DNA of 63,303 nt, the filler included, from Octopus bimaculoides (taxonomy: Eukaryota): NCBI RefSeq assembly GCF_001194135.2. It is 7 parts of 6 records of this genome, joined end to end, with 100 filler letters (N's around TTAATTAATTAA, not from the genome) between each part and the next. Parts side by side here need not be neighbours in the genome. Positions count along the whole stretch, not along the records: positions 58,131 to 62,106 come from NW_026300316.1; positions 62,207 to 63,303 come from NC_068988.1; 5 more parts are not named here. One strand, written 5' to 3'. The translations under genes were made by a program, and so were the position numbers. A model generated the notes under the pieces. That model was not told the DNA's origin and did no database searches. It saw only the letters and a list, made by a program, of their open reading frames with translations. Of the stretch, positions 61,697 through 63,303 are shown piece by piece. The first letter of the stretch is position 1. Each line of letters opens with the position of its first letter.

Positions 61697-62219
61697 TTAT
61701 ATGTACGTGTGCATGTATGCGTAAGTGTGTGTGTTTGTGTGTATGTATATATATAAATCGTCATTGGTTCATATATCTGAAAACGGAACACACTCTAAAA
61801 CATTTGAGCTGTAATGTATTTTAAGATGTTAATTATGTCCGGTCATAGAGTGACCATTCATTTCGCAAACAATTCAATGCTTAAACGTATAGGCGACAAC
61901 ACAAAGTCCAATGAACGTAGGCGTACATCATCTCTACAACTGGAGCAAAAAGTACGTCACGGTCAGTTAGAATTGTAAACAACAACCCTTACCTCAATGG
62001 ATTTCATGATGACAATTGCCATCAACTACACTATTACGAATTGTTTAGACATAAAGTAGACCAAGGCTCCTTTTTATACAGACCCTATTGCTTACCAAAC
62101 CAGATGNNNNNNNNNNNNNNNNNNNNNNNNNNNNNNNNNNNNNNNNNNNNTTAATTAATTAANNNNNNNNNNNNNNNNNNNNNNNNNNNNNNNNNNNNNN
62201 NNNNNNATATATATATATA

Positions 62220-62370
62220 TATATATATACGACAGGCTTCTTTCAGTTTCTGTCTACCAAATCCACTCACAAGGCTTTGGTCGGCCCGAGGCTATAGTAG
62301 AAGACACTTGGCCAAGGTGCCACGCAGTGGGACTGAACCTGTAACCACGTGGTTGGTAAGCAAGCTACTT
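62220..62370 (-). mobile_element. CORE-type SINE (family 1), 5' half
   Basis: Reverse-complement core and head, starting at a TA tract next to the gap. Confidence 0.85.
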
Positions 62371-63029
62371 TATTTCATAAAATTTACCATGAAGGCATTA
62401 CAAAGATGGGACGAACAAAGACAGACAAACGTAAAAAGGTGTAGTAGCTGCTATAACGTTTTAAAATGTACGATGATGAATTTAGGATACAATTAAAAAT
62501 TACAAATTACAATTTACAAATTACAAATTACTAATTACCAATTACATGATAACATGTTAAGCATTGCGATTTGCAATAACTTCCCCGTAGGAAAGGCATC
62601 CGACCACCAGGGTAGAACCCTTGCTTTCTCTTTCTTTTTTTTTGCTTTTTTTGGACTCCACCTACCTGGTGCCAATCGCTCCTAGCTTCCTTGCCACTGG
62701 TATGTCAGTCTCTCTATGTAAGATATTGGCATAAAGCTGAAGTACTTTATGACAATCATGCATGACATATGCAGTAAGTTTGCTCCTTAGAGAATGCCAA
62801 ACCAACAGAAAACTATAATTTTCAGGCATTGGAGCATTCTAATGAGACGACTAGCGAAAATCTCAAACCATATAAATGGGCTACTAAAAGATAGCAAATA
62901 AACATTACTCGAGATCGAAAATGAACAAACATTACTCTAGATCGAAAATGAACTCAAACCCACCCATGAAAAGGCGTGGAAATCTTTAAAATTATATCAG
63001 CATGAATTAATTCGTTACGTTTGAATGCA

Positions 63030-63031
63030 TG

Positions 63032-63110
<79 letters not shown>

Positions 63111-63115
63111 CTATG
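63030..63115. repeat. (TATC)n tetranucleotide microsatellite (others at 30243-30310 and 40510-40560; (CCAT)/(CCGT) at 41000-41135)
   Basis: Directly visible. Confidence 0.95.
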
Positions 63116-63303
63116 GACGGACGGTAGACGTGTCGGCTCCGTAAGTTTTGCCTTTTTTATGTTTTAAAAAGTTTGTTTGTAAAGTTTATTTTATATAGAA
63201 AGTTGTATAACAACTTATAGACTCTCTGGTGCAAGTTTTTTTGCAACGGAAATCTGCCCTGTGTGGCACATTTCCAGGTTTAAAAAATCAATTTCGGCTT
63301 TCT

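Larger units (their letters stand above)
58131..62106 (-). repeat. Tandem array of a ~1.8-2.1 kb unit, three partial copies (58131-59090, 59560-60799, 61641-62106)
   Basis: 58182-58971 aligns with 60004-60799, and 59560-60006 aligns with about 61660-62106. Units are separated by N gaps and (CA)n. Confidence 0.9.

Noticed and set aside
58131-62106. CRISPR-like array
   Set aside because: Units are kilobase-scale paralogous blocks in a eukaryotic genome, with no short repeat-unique spacer pattern and no cas genes.
62490-62955. (AATTACA)n run and a 27-28 bp tandem duplication (ATTACTC.AGATCGAAAATGAAC)
   Set aside because: Ordinary local slippage duplications with no further structure.

Overview
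Repeat-saturated, AT-rich animal genomic DNA. The SINE families and the RTE/Penelope content look like an octopod cephalopod, probably Octopus; this is an inference from recognised repeat families, not a database match. The window is a draft-assembly mosaic: many N gaps, plus six artificial 100-bp joins (44N-TTAATTAATTAA-44N) that split it into seven separately assembled pieces. I found no recognisable intact host gene, rRNA, true tRNA gene or CRISPR array. Nearly all ORFs in the track are microsatellite or N read-through. Real coding remnants are all decayed transposons: Penelope-like elements (GIY-YIG domains at 21.6-22.0, 27.0-27.1, 47.7-48.2 and 52.7-53.0 kb), RTE LINEs, an R4/Dong-type RT, a CRE-type restriction-like endonuclease, L2/CR1 pieces, a Ty3/Gypsy gag-pol relic and a pogo/Tigger transposase. 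Non-autonomous elements include three tRNA-derived SINE families, a Helentron-type element, hAT MITEs, a fold-back MITE and two GG-ended, 8-bp-TSD MITEs carrying TTAGGG arrays. The part least explained by known repeats is 58131-62106. It is a tandem array of a ~1.8-2.1 kb unit in which a minus-strand CCAAT/AP-1/GC-box/TATA cassette precedes a chain of short candidate exons (36, 93, 33 nt) and 53-77 nt introns. The upstream cassette is much more conserved between copies than the putative transcribed part. That gene model is a hypothesis from splice-signal patterns only.
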